In this document: one piece after another, positions 1 through 8,070 of the stretch
Layout: the number at the start of each line of letters is the position of its first letter
Numbering within the stretch: the stretch's first letter is position 1
Virus record (IMG/VR): IMGVR_UViG_3300047160_010630
Span: 1 to 64,000 of that record
Reading direction: 5' to 3' (one strand)
Length of the DNA: 64,000 nt
From: a virus
The notes under the pieces: generated by a model
What the model was told of the DNA's origin: nothing
The model's database searches: none
The model's input: only the letters and a program-made list of their open reading frames with translations
Made by a program: the position numbers and the translations under genes

Positions 1-16
1 CGCGTCGCTGGACGAC

Positions 17-481
17 GTGGTCGGCGCCCTGCTGGACCGGCTGAGCGCGTACGCGAAGGCCGAGCAGCAGGTGCAGTTCTCGGAGCTGACGGCCGCGACC
101 CTCTACAGCGTCTCCGGCGCGTTCCTGGTCGACCCGGACACCGACCTGGCCGTCGCGCTGGGCGAGCGGGTCGTCGTGACGCTGGAGTTCCTGGAGAAGA
201 ACGGCGAGCTGCTGGCCGCCGCGTCGGCGGTGGCGGCGACCGGGGACCAGAGCGTCGCCCTGGCGCTGGAACTGTTGCTGGGCACGCTGGGCAGCGCGCT
301 GGTGGTGCCGCTGGGCCGGGCCGACTGCCCGCCGACGGTGCGCGTGGCGATGTGGCAGCTGGCCGCCGTCGCGCAGCGGGTCCGCGCCCTGTCCGAGGAG
401 GACTACGCGGACATGGCCGAGCTGGCGATCGATGCGGTGCTGGCCGTGGCGATGGCCCTGCCCGAGGCGGCAACGGCATGA
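17..481 (+). CDS. hypothetical protein (may start upstream of the window)
   Basis: GC3-rich codons; stop overlaps next ATG (ATGA at 478-481). Confidence 0.7.
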   Translation: MVGALLDRLSAYAKAEQQVQFSELTAATLYSVSGAFLVDPDTDLAVALGERVVVTLEFLEKNGELLAAASAVAATGDQSVALALELLLGTLGSALVVPLGRADCPPTVRVAMWQLAAVAQRVRALSEEDYADMAELAIDAVLAVAMALPEAATA

Positions 482-822
482 GCGGGACGACCCCGGCGCA
501 GCGGATCCGGGCGTGGCTGACCCACTCGGCGTACGTCTTCCGAACGGCCCGCGATCCGGATCTCGTCCACAAAGTCGGCCCGGTCGACGGGGCGTGGCAG
601 GAGCTGCGCCGCAGCGACCTTCAGGCGGCCCTGGACCGGCTGGACGCGATGGCGCTGGACGCCGTGGCCCGGGAGAAGCGGGTCCGCGCCATGGAGGGGG
701 ACGTCGCCCGGCTGCGCGCGCTCGAAATCGCGGGCGTCGACAACTGGGAGGGCTGGGACTACGCCATGGCGGTCCTGCGCGGCGAGGAGGACGACGGCCC
801 GGATGGCAGCACGCAAGGGTGA
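478..822 (+). CDS. hypothetical phage protein
   Basis: Coupled ATG at 478; LRALEIAGVDNWEGWDYA motif of a kind common in phage proteins. Confidence 0.75.
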   Translation: MSGTTPAQRIRAWLTHSAYVFRTARDPDLVHKVGPVDGAWQELRRSDLQAALDRLDAMALDAVAREKRVRAMEGDVARLRALEIAGVDNWEGWDYAMAVLRGEEDDGPDGSTQG

Positions 823-997
823 GGCCCACCACAAGGCGAAGCTCACGGACGACCTGGTGCGGGAGGTGCGCCGCCTGCGCAGGACCGAGGGGCTGAGCAT
901 CCAGCGGCTCTGCGAGCACATCGGCTGGCTGGTCGGTGTGCACACGATGGAGTCCGTGATCCAGCGCAGGACGTGGAAGCACGTCGAGGACGACTGA
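803..997 (+). CDS. small HTH-like DNA-binding protein
   Basis: GEAHHKAKLTDDLVREVR...VIQRRTWKHV resembles the C-terminal DNA-binding module of HNH endonucleases. Confidence 0.65.
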   Translation: MAARKGEAHHKAKLTDDLVREVRRLRRTEGLSIQRLCEHIGWLVGVHTMESVIQRRTWKHVEDD

Positions 998-1009
998 GAG
1001 GAAGAGGAA

Positions 1010-1588
1010 ATGAGCGAGAACGACACGCCGGTGCCCGACGAGGACAGCAGGCTGTCCTGGCTCCGTACCTGGGCCGCCACGACCATCTACGGCGAGGCCG
1101 CCGCCGAGGTGCTGGGGATCCTGGGCAGCGGGGACGCCGAGGAGCAGGACGAGCCCGAGGAGGAGAAGCCGCTGACCGAGGCGGACCTCCTGTTCACGCA
1201 GGAGGATCTGCGGATCGAGGCCGCCTACCAGCACGCGAACCTGGTCGCGGACCCGGACTTCACGGGGATCGGCGAGCTGCTGGAGGGGAACATGATCACG
1301 TCGCGTCCGGCGCTGGTGTGGGGCAACCTGTCCGACACGCAGTTCCGCATCGCCCAGGTCCGGGTCGCGGACCTGCTCGGCGGGGCTGCCGACACCGGCC
1401 GCTGGGCGGTGGACCTGGGCGTCGACGACCTGGAGCCGTGCAAGCACACGATCACGTTGACCGGCACGGACAAGACGGCGCGGATGCGCCTGCACCTGGC
1501 CTTTGACCCCGGCATGCCCGAGGATGTCCGGCAGGCGCTGGTGGTCGGCCTCGGGGCGGCCGCTGTCGAGCTGCTCGGCATCTCCTGA
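1010..1588 (+). CDS. hypothetical protein
   Basis: Strong RBS (GAGGAAGAGGAA); codon bias. Confidence 0.8.
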   Translation: MSENDTPVPDEDSRLSWLRTWAATTIYGEAAAEVLGILGSGDAEEQDEPEEEKPLTEADLLFTQEDLRIEAAYQHANLVADPDFTGIGELLEGNMITSRPALVWGNLSDTQFRIAQVRVADLLGGAADTGRWAVDLGVDDLEPCKHTITLTGTDKTARMRLHLAFDPGMPEDVRQALVVGLGAAAVELLGIS

Positions 1589-1589
1589 C

Positions 1590-1817
1590 GTGTGCTCTCT
1601 GTGCCGTCCCGAATACCTGGAGTCCTGCTACGTGTGCGGGCACCGCTTCCGCGCGTTCGAGTCGTTCTTCGTGGTGAAGCGGTTGATGGACCGGGACGGC
1701 ATCGAGAACCGCTGGGCCGGGGTGAAGTACGGGCGGTGCCAGGACTGCCCGCGACCGGCGCTGGAACTGGACCTGAGCTGGTTCGGTGAACTGAGAAGAA
1801 GAGGAAGAGGTTTCTGA
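1590..1817 (+). CDS. small Cys-rich (CxxC x3) protein
   Basis: GTG at 1590; CSLC, CYVC, CQDC; stop overlaps next ATG. Confidence 0.65.
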   Translation: MCSLCRPEYLESCYVCGHRFRAFESFFVVKRLMDRDGIENRWAGVKYGRCQDCPRPALELDLSWFGELRRRGRGF

Positions 1818-2158
1818 TGAACAAGGGCTACCTGATCGAGGCGGTCGCCAAGCGGCTCGGCACGACCGAGACCGAGGCGAAGAAGGCCATCAACGCGGTC
1901 CTGGAGGAGATCGGCCGTTCGCTGGTGCGGCGCGAGGACGTGGGCCTCACCGGCTTCGGCACGTTCACGGTGGCGGACCGGGCCGAGCGCCTGGCCCGCA
2001 ACCCGCAGACCGGTGAGCGGGTGGCGGTTCCGGCGACGGTCGTGGTCAAGTTCAAGGCCGGGCAGCGGCTGCTGGCGCACGTGCGCGGGGAGCTGACGGC
2101 CGCCGAGGACGGCCGGGTCACCGGCAAGGTGTCGCGGTTCACCCAGACGGTCCGGTGA
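1817..2158 (+). CDS. HU/IHF-family histone-like DNA-binding protein
   Basis: MNK..LIEAVA, GFGTFTV, ARNPQTGE, VKFKAG motifs. Confidence 0.93.
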   Translation: MNKGYLIEAVAKRLGTTETEAKKAINAVLEEIGRSLVRREDVGLTGFGTFTVADRAERLARNPQTGERVAVPATVVVKFKAGQRLLAHVRGELTAAEDGRVTGKVSRFTQTVR

Positions 2159-2466
2159 TCTGCGAGATCTGCGACCGGCAGCTCGTCTGGGGCGGTACGA
2201 GTGGAACTCTTCCGCATACGGAGGAGTTCCACGCCCAGGAACGGCGGCGTTGGCTGTATGGGGCCAAGCTGGCGCTGATCGGGAAGGTCGCCGTCCTGTC
2301 CGGGCACACGGTGACGATCCGGTTCACCGAGGTACTGTCGTGGACCGAATGCTCGTGCGGCTGGAAGAGCTATCTGTGGCCGGATTCTGGCCGTGCCAGC
2401 AGCCAGGGGCACACCCATCTCTTCGCTGAGGGCATGAAGGCTCTGGACAGCCCTGACGAGTCGTGA
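2155..2466 (+). CDS. hypothetical protein
   Basis: GTGA overlap; CxxC and CxC. Confidence 0.65.
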   Translation: MICEICDRQLVWGGTSGTLPHTEEFHAQERRRWLYGAKLALIGKVAVLSGHTVTIRFTEVLSWTECSCGWKSYLWPDSGRASSQGHTHLFAEGMKALDSPDES

Positions 2467-2472
2467 TATCCT
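2444..2472 (+). promoter_or_regulatory. sigma70/HrdB-like promoter
   Basis: TGGACA-N17-TATCCT upstream of the 2507 RBS. Confidence 0.6.
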
Positions 2473-2506
2473 CGTAGCACGAACGAGGAACAAGGAAGGA
2501 CACACC

Positions 2507-2716
2507 ATGAGCAGCAGCATCGAGATCGACAACCGGGGCACCGCCGAGGTGCCGTACGGCTACGTCTACCTCCAGGACACCCGGGTCGGCTTCGCCAAGG
2601 ACGGCGGGGTCTGGGAGACCTGGGGCTGGCCCGTCACCGACGCCCAGATCCTCGCCGCCACGGCGAAGCTGGACGAGGCCATGCCGGGCTGGAACGAGCC
2701 GAAGGACGCCGCCTGA
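2507..2716 (+). CDS. hypothetical protein
   Basis: RBS AAGGAAGGA; codon bias. Confidence 0.8.
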   Translation: MSSSIEIDNRGTAEVPYGYVYLQDTRVGFAKDGGVWETWGWPVTDAQILAATAKLDEAMPGWNEPKDAA

Positions 2717-3102
2717 TGAGCATCCACACCCACACCGAGGTCTTCTACGGCGTCAAGGTCGAGAAGCACATCCCGGCCGGGGAGAAGACGCTCGTGAGCG
2801 AGTGGCTGTCCGGCCACGCGCTCTGGGGAGAGCTGTACGAGCAGTTCGAGGACGAGGAGGTCGTCGCGCCGAACGTCCGCCGCTGGCTGGCCGGTGGCTA
2901 CAACAGCAAGGACGTGTACCTGGTCATCGACATCGATGGCCACCTGCCCAAGGCGCTGGAGCCGGGCGAGTCCCGGGAGATCGACGTGAGGTTCCAGAAC
3001 ATGTACTTGCCGTGGAACCACATCCTGCGGCAGGCGGCCGAGAGCCTCGGTCTGACTGTCATGCGCGGACCGTTCTGGTTCGTCGTCGCCGACGAGTCCT
3101 GA
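2716..3102 (+). CDS. hypothetical protein
   Basis: TGATG coupling. Confidence 0.8.
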   Translation: MSIHTHTEVFYGVKVEKHIPAGEKTLVSEWLSGHALWGELYEQFEDEEVVAPNVRRWLAGGYNSKDVYLVIDIDGHLPKALEPGESREIDVRFQNMYLPWNHILRQAAESLGLTVMRGPFWFVVADES

Positions 3103-3113
3103 GAGGAGGAGTC

Positions 3114-3332
3114 ATGAGCAAGCTGGAAGACCTGCTGGGCGAGCACACCGCCGAGAAGCAGTACGAGGTGCTGTGCGACCTGGCGGACAGGCTGTGCAAG
3201 CGCATGCAGGAATCGCACGCGTCCGAGGCCGAGAAGCGGGGCATGGGCAGCGCCCTGAGCTTCGTGCAGGGGTACGTGAACGGCTTCGCGCGGATCCAGG
3301 GCCTGGACGACGGCACGGAGGACGAGGACTGA
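3114..3332 (+). CDS. hypothetical protein (MSKLEDLL...)
   Basis: RBS GAGGAGGAG, ATG at 3114. Confidence 0.8.
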   Translation: MSKLEDLLGEHTAEKQYEVLCDLADRLCKRMQESHASEAEKRGMGSALSFVQGYVNGFARIQGLDDGTEDED

Positions 3333-3688
3333 TGGGTAGGTACTCCTACCCGGTCGGCCCCGGTGACGTCCGGGACATCAGCTTCCGCAGGCACCCCCAG
3401 AGGTTCGAAGGGGGCGGCGGAATGTGGTGGGTGGTCCTGGACGAGGAGCGGCTGGGCACGGTGGCCCATCTCCGTGGGGCAGGCTACGGCTGGGCCGCCT
3501 GCTCCTACAAGGACTACGACAAGATGACCGAGGAGCAGTGGAACTCGGTCGCCAAGCATGGCGTCGAGAAGCCGGAGGAGTTCCGGATTCCCGATCCGCT
3601 GCGCAAGGTGGACGGCTTTCGGACGCGCCTGGACGCCGGGCTCTATGTGATCCGACACTGGTACCCGGGAATGGAGGACTACGGCTGA
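3332..3688 (+). CDS. hypothetical protein (MGRYSYP...)
   Basis: TGATG coupling. Confidence 0.75.
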   Translation: MGRYSYPVGPGDVRDISFRRHPQRFEGGGGMWWVVLDEERLGTVAHLRGAGYGWAACSYKDYDKMTEEQWNSVAKHGVEKPEEFRIPDPLRKVDGFRTRLDAGLYVIRHWYPGMEDYG

Positions 3689-3939
3689 TGGCCGACTGGC
3701 ACCACCGCAAGGTGACGACCACGTACTTCGAGTACGTGGTCCCGGTCCCGGAGTGGAGGGCGGCCGGGGCCGACTGGAACCAGGTCCAGCAGGCCCTGAA
3801 CGAGGCTGTCCGGGGCTACCGGGTCGAGTACAAGCTGACCTCCCACCAGGAGCCGCCGGACGATGCCATCAAGGTGTGCATCGAGGGCGACGAGATCGTG
3901 ATCCGGTTCCGCGAGGACATCAGCAAGCTCACGTTCTGA
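3688..3939 (+). CDS. hypothetical protein (MADWHHRK...)
   Basis: TGATG coupling. Confidence 0.75.
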   Translation: MADWHHRKVTTTYFEYVVPVPEWRAAGADWNQVQQALNEAVRGYRVEYKLTSHQEPPDDAIKVCIEGDEIVIRFREDISKLTF

Positions 3940-3950
3940 GGAGGAGCACC

Positions 3951-4649
3951 GTGGAAGAGAATTTCCGCCTCTCGCGGAATGCCAAGAACAAGCACGACGT
4001 GGTGTACATCCCGCGCGTGAGGTACGTCAAGGCCGAGTCCGGGTCCGTGGAACTCGGCATGGACCGGGAAACGGTGGACGACCTGCACCACTACCTGGGC
4101 GAGTGGCTGGGAGTCTTCGAGGCCGACGAGGCCGAGGACGCCCGGCTGCTGGCCGACGAGGGCTTCGTGGAGAGCCTGGCACAGCTTCGTGTTGATCCGG
4201 AGGGCACTCTGGCGAAGACGCTGGACGGGGAACTGTGCGCGACGTGCGGGCACGCCGATGCGCACGACGGCGCGGGGATCGGCGTCTGCCGGGCGAAGAG
4301 CTGCGGCTGCGACGGTCCGGTGGCCGAAAACGCTAAGCCGACGGCCAAGGACGTCCTGCACCTGTGCGACCGCTGCCACGGGGAGGTCTACACCTTCCCG
4401 ACGAACCTGGTCAGCCTTGGCCAGCGTCTCCTGTCCCGAACGGACAGGTGGGCCTCGTTCACGTACACCGACCACGGTGGCGACGAGCTGCTGATCTCCG
4501 ACGACATCGGCCCCAAGGACGGTGAGGTCGGCGTGCACATCGTAACGCCGCCGGACGGCGTCTACATTCCCCTGAACGCCCTGGAGGCCGTGGTCGACGC
4601 GATCCGCGTGTCCGGCCTGCGCGCGGTGGAGGCGAACGAGAATGAGTGA
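3951..4649 (+). CDS. hypothetical Cys/His-containing protein
   Basis: RBS GAGGAGGAG, GTG at 3951. Confidence 0.75.
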   Translation: MEENFRLSRNAKNKHDVVYIPRVRYVKAESGSVELGMDRETVDDLHHYLGEWLGVFEADEAEDARLLADEGFVESLAQLRVDPEGTLAKTLDGELCATCGHADAHDGAGIGVCRAKSCGCDGPVAENAKPTAKDVLHLCDRCHGEVYTFPTNLVSLGQRLLSRTDRWASFTYTDHGGDELLISDDIGPKDGEVGVHIVTPPDGVYIPLNALEAVVDAIRVSGLRAVEANENE

Positions 4650-4806
4650 GCTGAACCGGCAGGCCATGTTGGACGCCATCGTCGTCCTCGCAACAGCGCT
4701 GATGGACTCCCTGCCCGGGGACAGCTGGCACGTCGCCCACGCGATCGTGCAGTGCGCCCGGGGCGAGATCACCCCGAAGGAGGCCCTGGAGGTGTTCGAA
4801 GAGTGA
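4642..4806 (+). CDS. hypothetical protein (MSELNRQAM...)
   Basis: Fills gap and overlaps both neighbours; below ORF-track cutoff. Confidence 0.6.
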   Translation: MSELNRQAMLDAIVVLATALMDSLPGDSWHVAHAIVQCARGEITPKEALEVFEE

Positions 4807-5048
4807 GTAGGAAGATCCCAACCTACGGCCCGCAGCGGGCGTGGTGGTACCGCAACTGGACCGGGTGGCCCGTCGTGTTCGGCGGCGATGAGTTCTGCAA
4901 CCGGACGATCGTCTTCCGGTTCGTGCCGACGCGCATCGCCCTGGTGGTCAACCTGGAGCGGCCCATGCGCAACCGGCCGTGCGACGAGTGCCGGGCCGAC
5001 ATGTCGCCGGACCAGGTACGGGCTATTGCGGGTGTCCACCGCTACTGA
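4803..5048 (+). CDS. hypothetical protein
   Basis: GTGA overlap. Confidence 0.65.
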   Translation: MSRKIPTYGPQRAWWYRNWTGWPVVFGGDEFCNRTIVFRFVPTRIALVVNLERPMRNRPCDECRADMSPDQVRAIAGVHRY

Positions 5049-5054
5049 TAGAGT
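5026..5054 (+). promoter_or_regulatory. sigma70-like promoter for the 5087 gene and probably array 1
   Basis: TTGCGG-N17-TAGAGT. Confidence 0.55.
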
Positions 5055-5086
5055 GTCACTCACGCCGACCAGGAAGAGGAAATCCG

Positions 5087-5413
5087 ATGCTGAAGACCGC
5101 CAGCCTTCGCGACCGCACCCGGGCCAACCGGGCCGCCGCCAAGATCCGCCGCGAGGGCGGCGGCACCCTGGCCACCCACTGCACCGCCAAGGGCCTACGG
5201 CGCCGCCAGGCCAAGTCGGTGGCCGGTTCCCTGCGTGACAAGGCCGAGAAGCTCGGCATCGCGGGCACGCCGGGCGTCTTCTTCCGGGGCGGCTCCAAGC
5301 ACGACGGCAGCCTCTACACCGGCGAAGAGGTCGCCCGGATGGCCCTGATCTACACACCGCGCATCGAGGCGTACAAGATCGTCGCTGCCGAACTGCGCCG
5401 ACTCGCCAACTGA
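5087..5413 (+). CDS. basic hypothetical protein directly upstream of array 1
   Basis: RBS AGGAAGAGGA; its TGA forms the first TGAC of the array. Confidence 0.8.
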   Translation: MLKTASLRDRTRANRAAAKIRREGGGTLATHCTAKGLRRRQAKSVAGSLRDKAEKLGIAGTPGVFFRGGSKHDGSLYTGEEVARMALIYTPRIEAYKIVAAELRRLAN

Positions 5414-6320
5414 CTAGCCACTCCTCGCCAGGCCCGTCCGACCCGAACGACTAGCCAGCACGGCCCTTGCCAGCCCACGCGACTACCCCATCCCGCCCCA
5501 GCCTTTTCTCCCCCCACGACTTTTCTGCCCCAGCCCGGCCCTCCGGCCCGTACGACCACCCATGGCACCTCGTTCCAGCCCGCACGACTACGCGCCCCGC
5601 GACCCCTCCTTCCATGCGACTATCCCGTGCGTCCGTCTCGCTTCGTACGACTTCCCCTGCCAACACGAGCCCAGCCGTCCCAGGACGACAACCCACTCCG
5701 CGCGACAACCCAATCCGGACCGCCTCCCTCCGTACCGGCTCCCCGACAAGCCGGAGCAACGCGTCCCTGGCCCACCCACGCGACTTCCCAGCGCAACGCA
5801 CGACTCCTCGGGCCCTACTACCATTCGAGGCTTTCTGCCCCGTACCGTTCGACATGTCGTCCCACTCCCACGCCCTTCAACCCCCATGACTGCCCGGCCC
5901 GGGACTAAACTCTCCGATTCTGACGACAGTACGTCCCGCAACGATTCTGCCGACAAGCCAATCCTCCCCGACCCTGCGCATACGACAGGCCAGTACGATC
6001 CCGTCCGAACCATACGACTAGCCAGTGCGTATGTATCTGCCCACCCCCTCACGACAAGCCAACCCATCCTTTCTCCGCCCGACCCAGCCCACGCCCAGCG
6101 ACTACCCCCGCCGAACCCCCGCTCACCGGGCCGTACGACAGGCCAACGCTAGCCAGCTCCACCCACGTGACAGGCCAAGCCCCTGCTCCGCACCTCCAGT
6201 CGACATGCCAATCCACGCCAGGCCGCCCCGAACGACAAGCCATTCCCCGCCCAGCCACCCCGCACGACAAGTCGGCCCGGAACGTAGTGGAACAATCCAC
6301 TTCTCACGACTTGCCTGATC
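5411..6320. repeat. array 1: about 26 units YGAC-NN-[NNC-NN]n-N with 5-nt periodicity; candidate guide-RNA array
   Basis: Unit starts 5411,5448,5480,5517,5553,5585,5617,5648,5686,5703,5744,5781,5818 (degenerate CTAC),5850,5887,5924,5951,5983,6015,6052,6099,6136,6168,6201,6233,6265,6307; 21 of 26 lengths fit 7+5n. Confidence 0.9.
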
Positions 6321-6339
6321 GAGCGTCAGGTGCTAAGCT
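6311..6339 (+). promoter_or_regulatory. sigma70-like promoter overlapping the last array unit
   Basis: TTGCCT-N17-TAAGCT. Confidence 0.55.
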
Positions 6340-6368
6340 CCTCTCAGGAACGAGGAAAGGAAAAGAAC

Positions 6369-7115
6369 ATGGCAGTTCCCACCACCGACGAGCTCTACGC
6401 ATTCTTCGCGGAGTACACCGCCAAGCACACCCGCTGCGCCTGGGCGCACGACAAGCTCTCCATCGTGGCCCGGCGGGGCTTCAGGACCACCACCCCGGCC
6501 GTCAACAAGCAGCTGGGCGCCCTGATCGACGAGGGGCGGCTGGTGGCCGTCAGTATCGGGCACACCGGCATGGTGTTCTGGGACGACGAGGCCGAGGACC
6601 CCGTGTCGCTGCCCCTCGCCTACCTGGACACCTCCTTCACCGGCACCAGCTACGACAAGAGCTACGGTCAGATCGTCCTGTCGAAGGACCGCAAGAACTG
6701 CGCCAACCTCTGGGCCAACGGGGTGCGGGACTTCTACATCCTGGACACCAAGTACGCTGAACTCCTGGAGTACTTCCGCGAGGTCGCGGAGCAGGAGAAG
6801 GCCGAGAAGAAGCAGAAGAAGACCGAGGAGCGCCTGGCGCTGCGCGCCGCCCTGGAGGAGGTCGCCCCGCAGGGGGACGGCATCGACCTGATCAAGGCGC
6901 TGGACGCCCTCCTGGGCGAGTCGGTCGTGGACGTCCGCATGTTCTCGTCGATGTCCCGGCCGGACGAGTCGTACCCGATCCTGTCGGTCAACATCCGCAA
7001 GGCGGCCGACGTGGGCCGGTTCCTGGAGATCCTGCGCTCCGGCCTGCCGAAGGCCGAGGAGCAGGTCGCCGACATCATCCGGATGCCCGCGCAGCGAGAG
7101 GACGGTGAGAAGTGA
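6369..7115 (+). CDS. hypothetical protein
   Basis: RBS GAGGAAAGGA, ATG at 6369. Confidence 0.85.
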   Translation: MAVPTTDELYAFFAEYTAKHTRCAWAHDKLSIVARRGFRTTTPAVNKQLGALIDEGRLVAVSIGHTGMVFWDDEAEDPVSLPLAYLDTSFTGTSYDKSYGQIVLSKDRKNCANLWANGVRDFYILDTKYAELLEYFREVAEQEKAEKKQKKTEERLALRAALEEVAPQGDGIDLIKALDALLGESVVDVRMFSSMSRPDESYPILSVNIRKAADVGRFLEILRSGLPKAEEQVADIIRMPAQREDGEK

Positions 7116-7231
7116 TGGGCGCCGTCGCCGCCGTGGGGGTCGTCCTCCTCTTCCTCTTCCTGATGTCCTTGAAGCCCAAGGACCCCAAGAAGTAACGTAA
7201 CCGGCCCCGGGCTGTAGACATGCCTGCTGTC

Positions 7232-7831
7232 TTAGTCCGGGGCTCGGCGATGGTACGACCAAGGCCTTCCGTTGCCCCTATTACGGCCCCTGTAGGTTGG
7301 CGTCAAGGCATGGCAATTGGGACATAGTACTTGAAGATTTTCTGGCCTGTGATCAGTTCCGTCACCATTGACGTGATTGATTTCCAAAATGGATTTACCG
7401 TCGATGGGATGAAAGGCAGAAAATGAGCAGGCCTGGCATTTATAGTCGGATTTCTCCAACAGATACCTTCTCACAGTGTCCGACAAAATGTAGGCGCCAC
7501 CCCCGGACCAACTGCCGTCCAGCCACTGCTGAACTCGTTCTGCTGATTTATATTTTATGCACAGCAGGTGGCAACCATTGCACCTCCTGGTTCTGCGGGA
7601 GCTGACCGTGGCACCGCAGTCGACACACTGGCTGAGGGCCTTGGCCGCCCTCTTAGGGTGTCTAGAGTTGTTGACCTTCGCGGCGCACGATCGGGAGCAG
7701 TACTTGCTAGTCTTACGATCGGGCTTGAACTCGCTCTGGCAGCTCTCTCGCTGACACTTCATAAGGTTGCTCGTTTCGAATGAGGATGATACCCTTGCAG
7801 AGGCAAGGTACACCGGATTCGATTGTACCAC
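7232..7831 (-). CDS. HNH homing endonuclease (true start may be about 7762)
   Basis: CQAC...LEINHVNGDGTDHRPENLQVLCPNCH; low GC; opposite strand. Confidence 0.9.
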   Translation of the reverse strand: MVQSNPVYLASARVSSSFETSNLMKCQRESCQSEFKPDRKTSKYCSRSCAAKVNNSRHPKRAAKALSQCVDCGATVSSRRTRRCNGCHLLCIKYKSAERVQQWLDGSWSGGGAYILSDTVRRYLLEKSDYKCQACSFSAFHPIDGKSILEINHVNGDGTDHRPENLQVLCPNCHALTPTYRGRNRGNGRPWSYHRRAPD

Positions 7832-7842
7832 AACTACACAGC

Positions 7843-7917
7843 GCGTCAGTACTGGCCTGGTCTTCTAAACCATGTGCGCATAACTGGACGATGCGGGTTC
7901 GAGTCCCGTCTGACGCA
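7843..7917 (+). ncRNA. D-armless tRNA-like RNA (Arg-like TCT loop)
   Basis: Acceptor GCGTCAG/CTGACGC, arm TGGT-CTTCTAA-ACCA, T arm GCGGG-TTCGAGT-CCCGT, no D stem. Confidence 0.65.
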
Positions 7918-7939
7918 CGCACAGCCCCCGGGCCCGCCA

Positions 7940-8023
7940 GTGGGACCGTACAGCCGATTCTAGAGCGGCGTCACAGTCCCCGGAGGTAGCGCGCGTATCG
8001 GGTTCGAATCCCGACGGGTCCAC
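7940..8023 (+). ncRNA. tRNA-like RNA (D-armless, possible CTA loop)
   Basis: GTGGGACCG/CGGGTCCAC stem, GCCG-A-TTCTAGA-G-CGGC arm, T arm TCGGG-TTCGAAT-CCCGA. Confidence 0.55.
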
Positions 8024-8070
8024 CTGACTCCATTCGGATTCAGGAATCGAACAGAAAGAGGAACCACCGC

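Noticed and set aside
5411-6320. Pro/Arg-rich ORFs on both strands (5467-5889, 5562-6152, 5451-5855 and others)
   Set aside because: No RBS or GC3 bias; the periodicity is 5 nt rather than 3 nt, so these are by-products of the array
7940-8023. tmRNA
   Set aside because: Too short, no tag reading frame, no GGGG start or Ala identity elements
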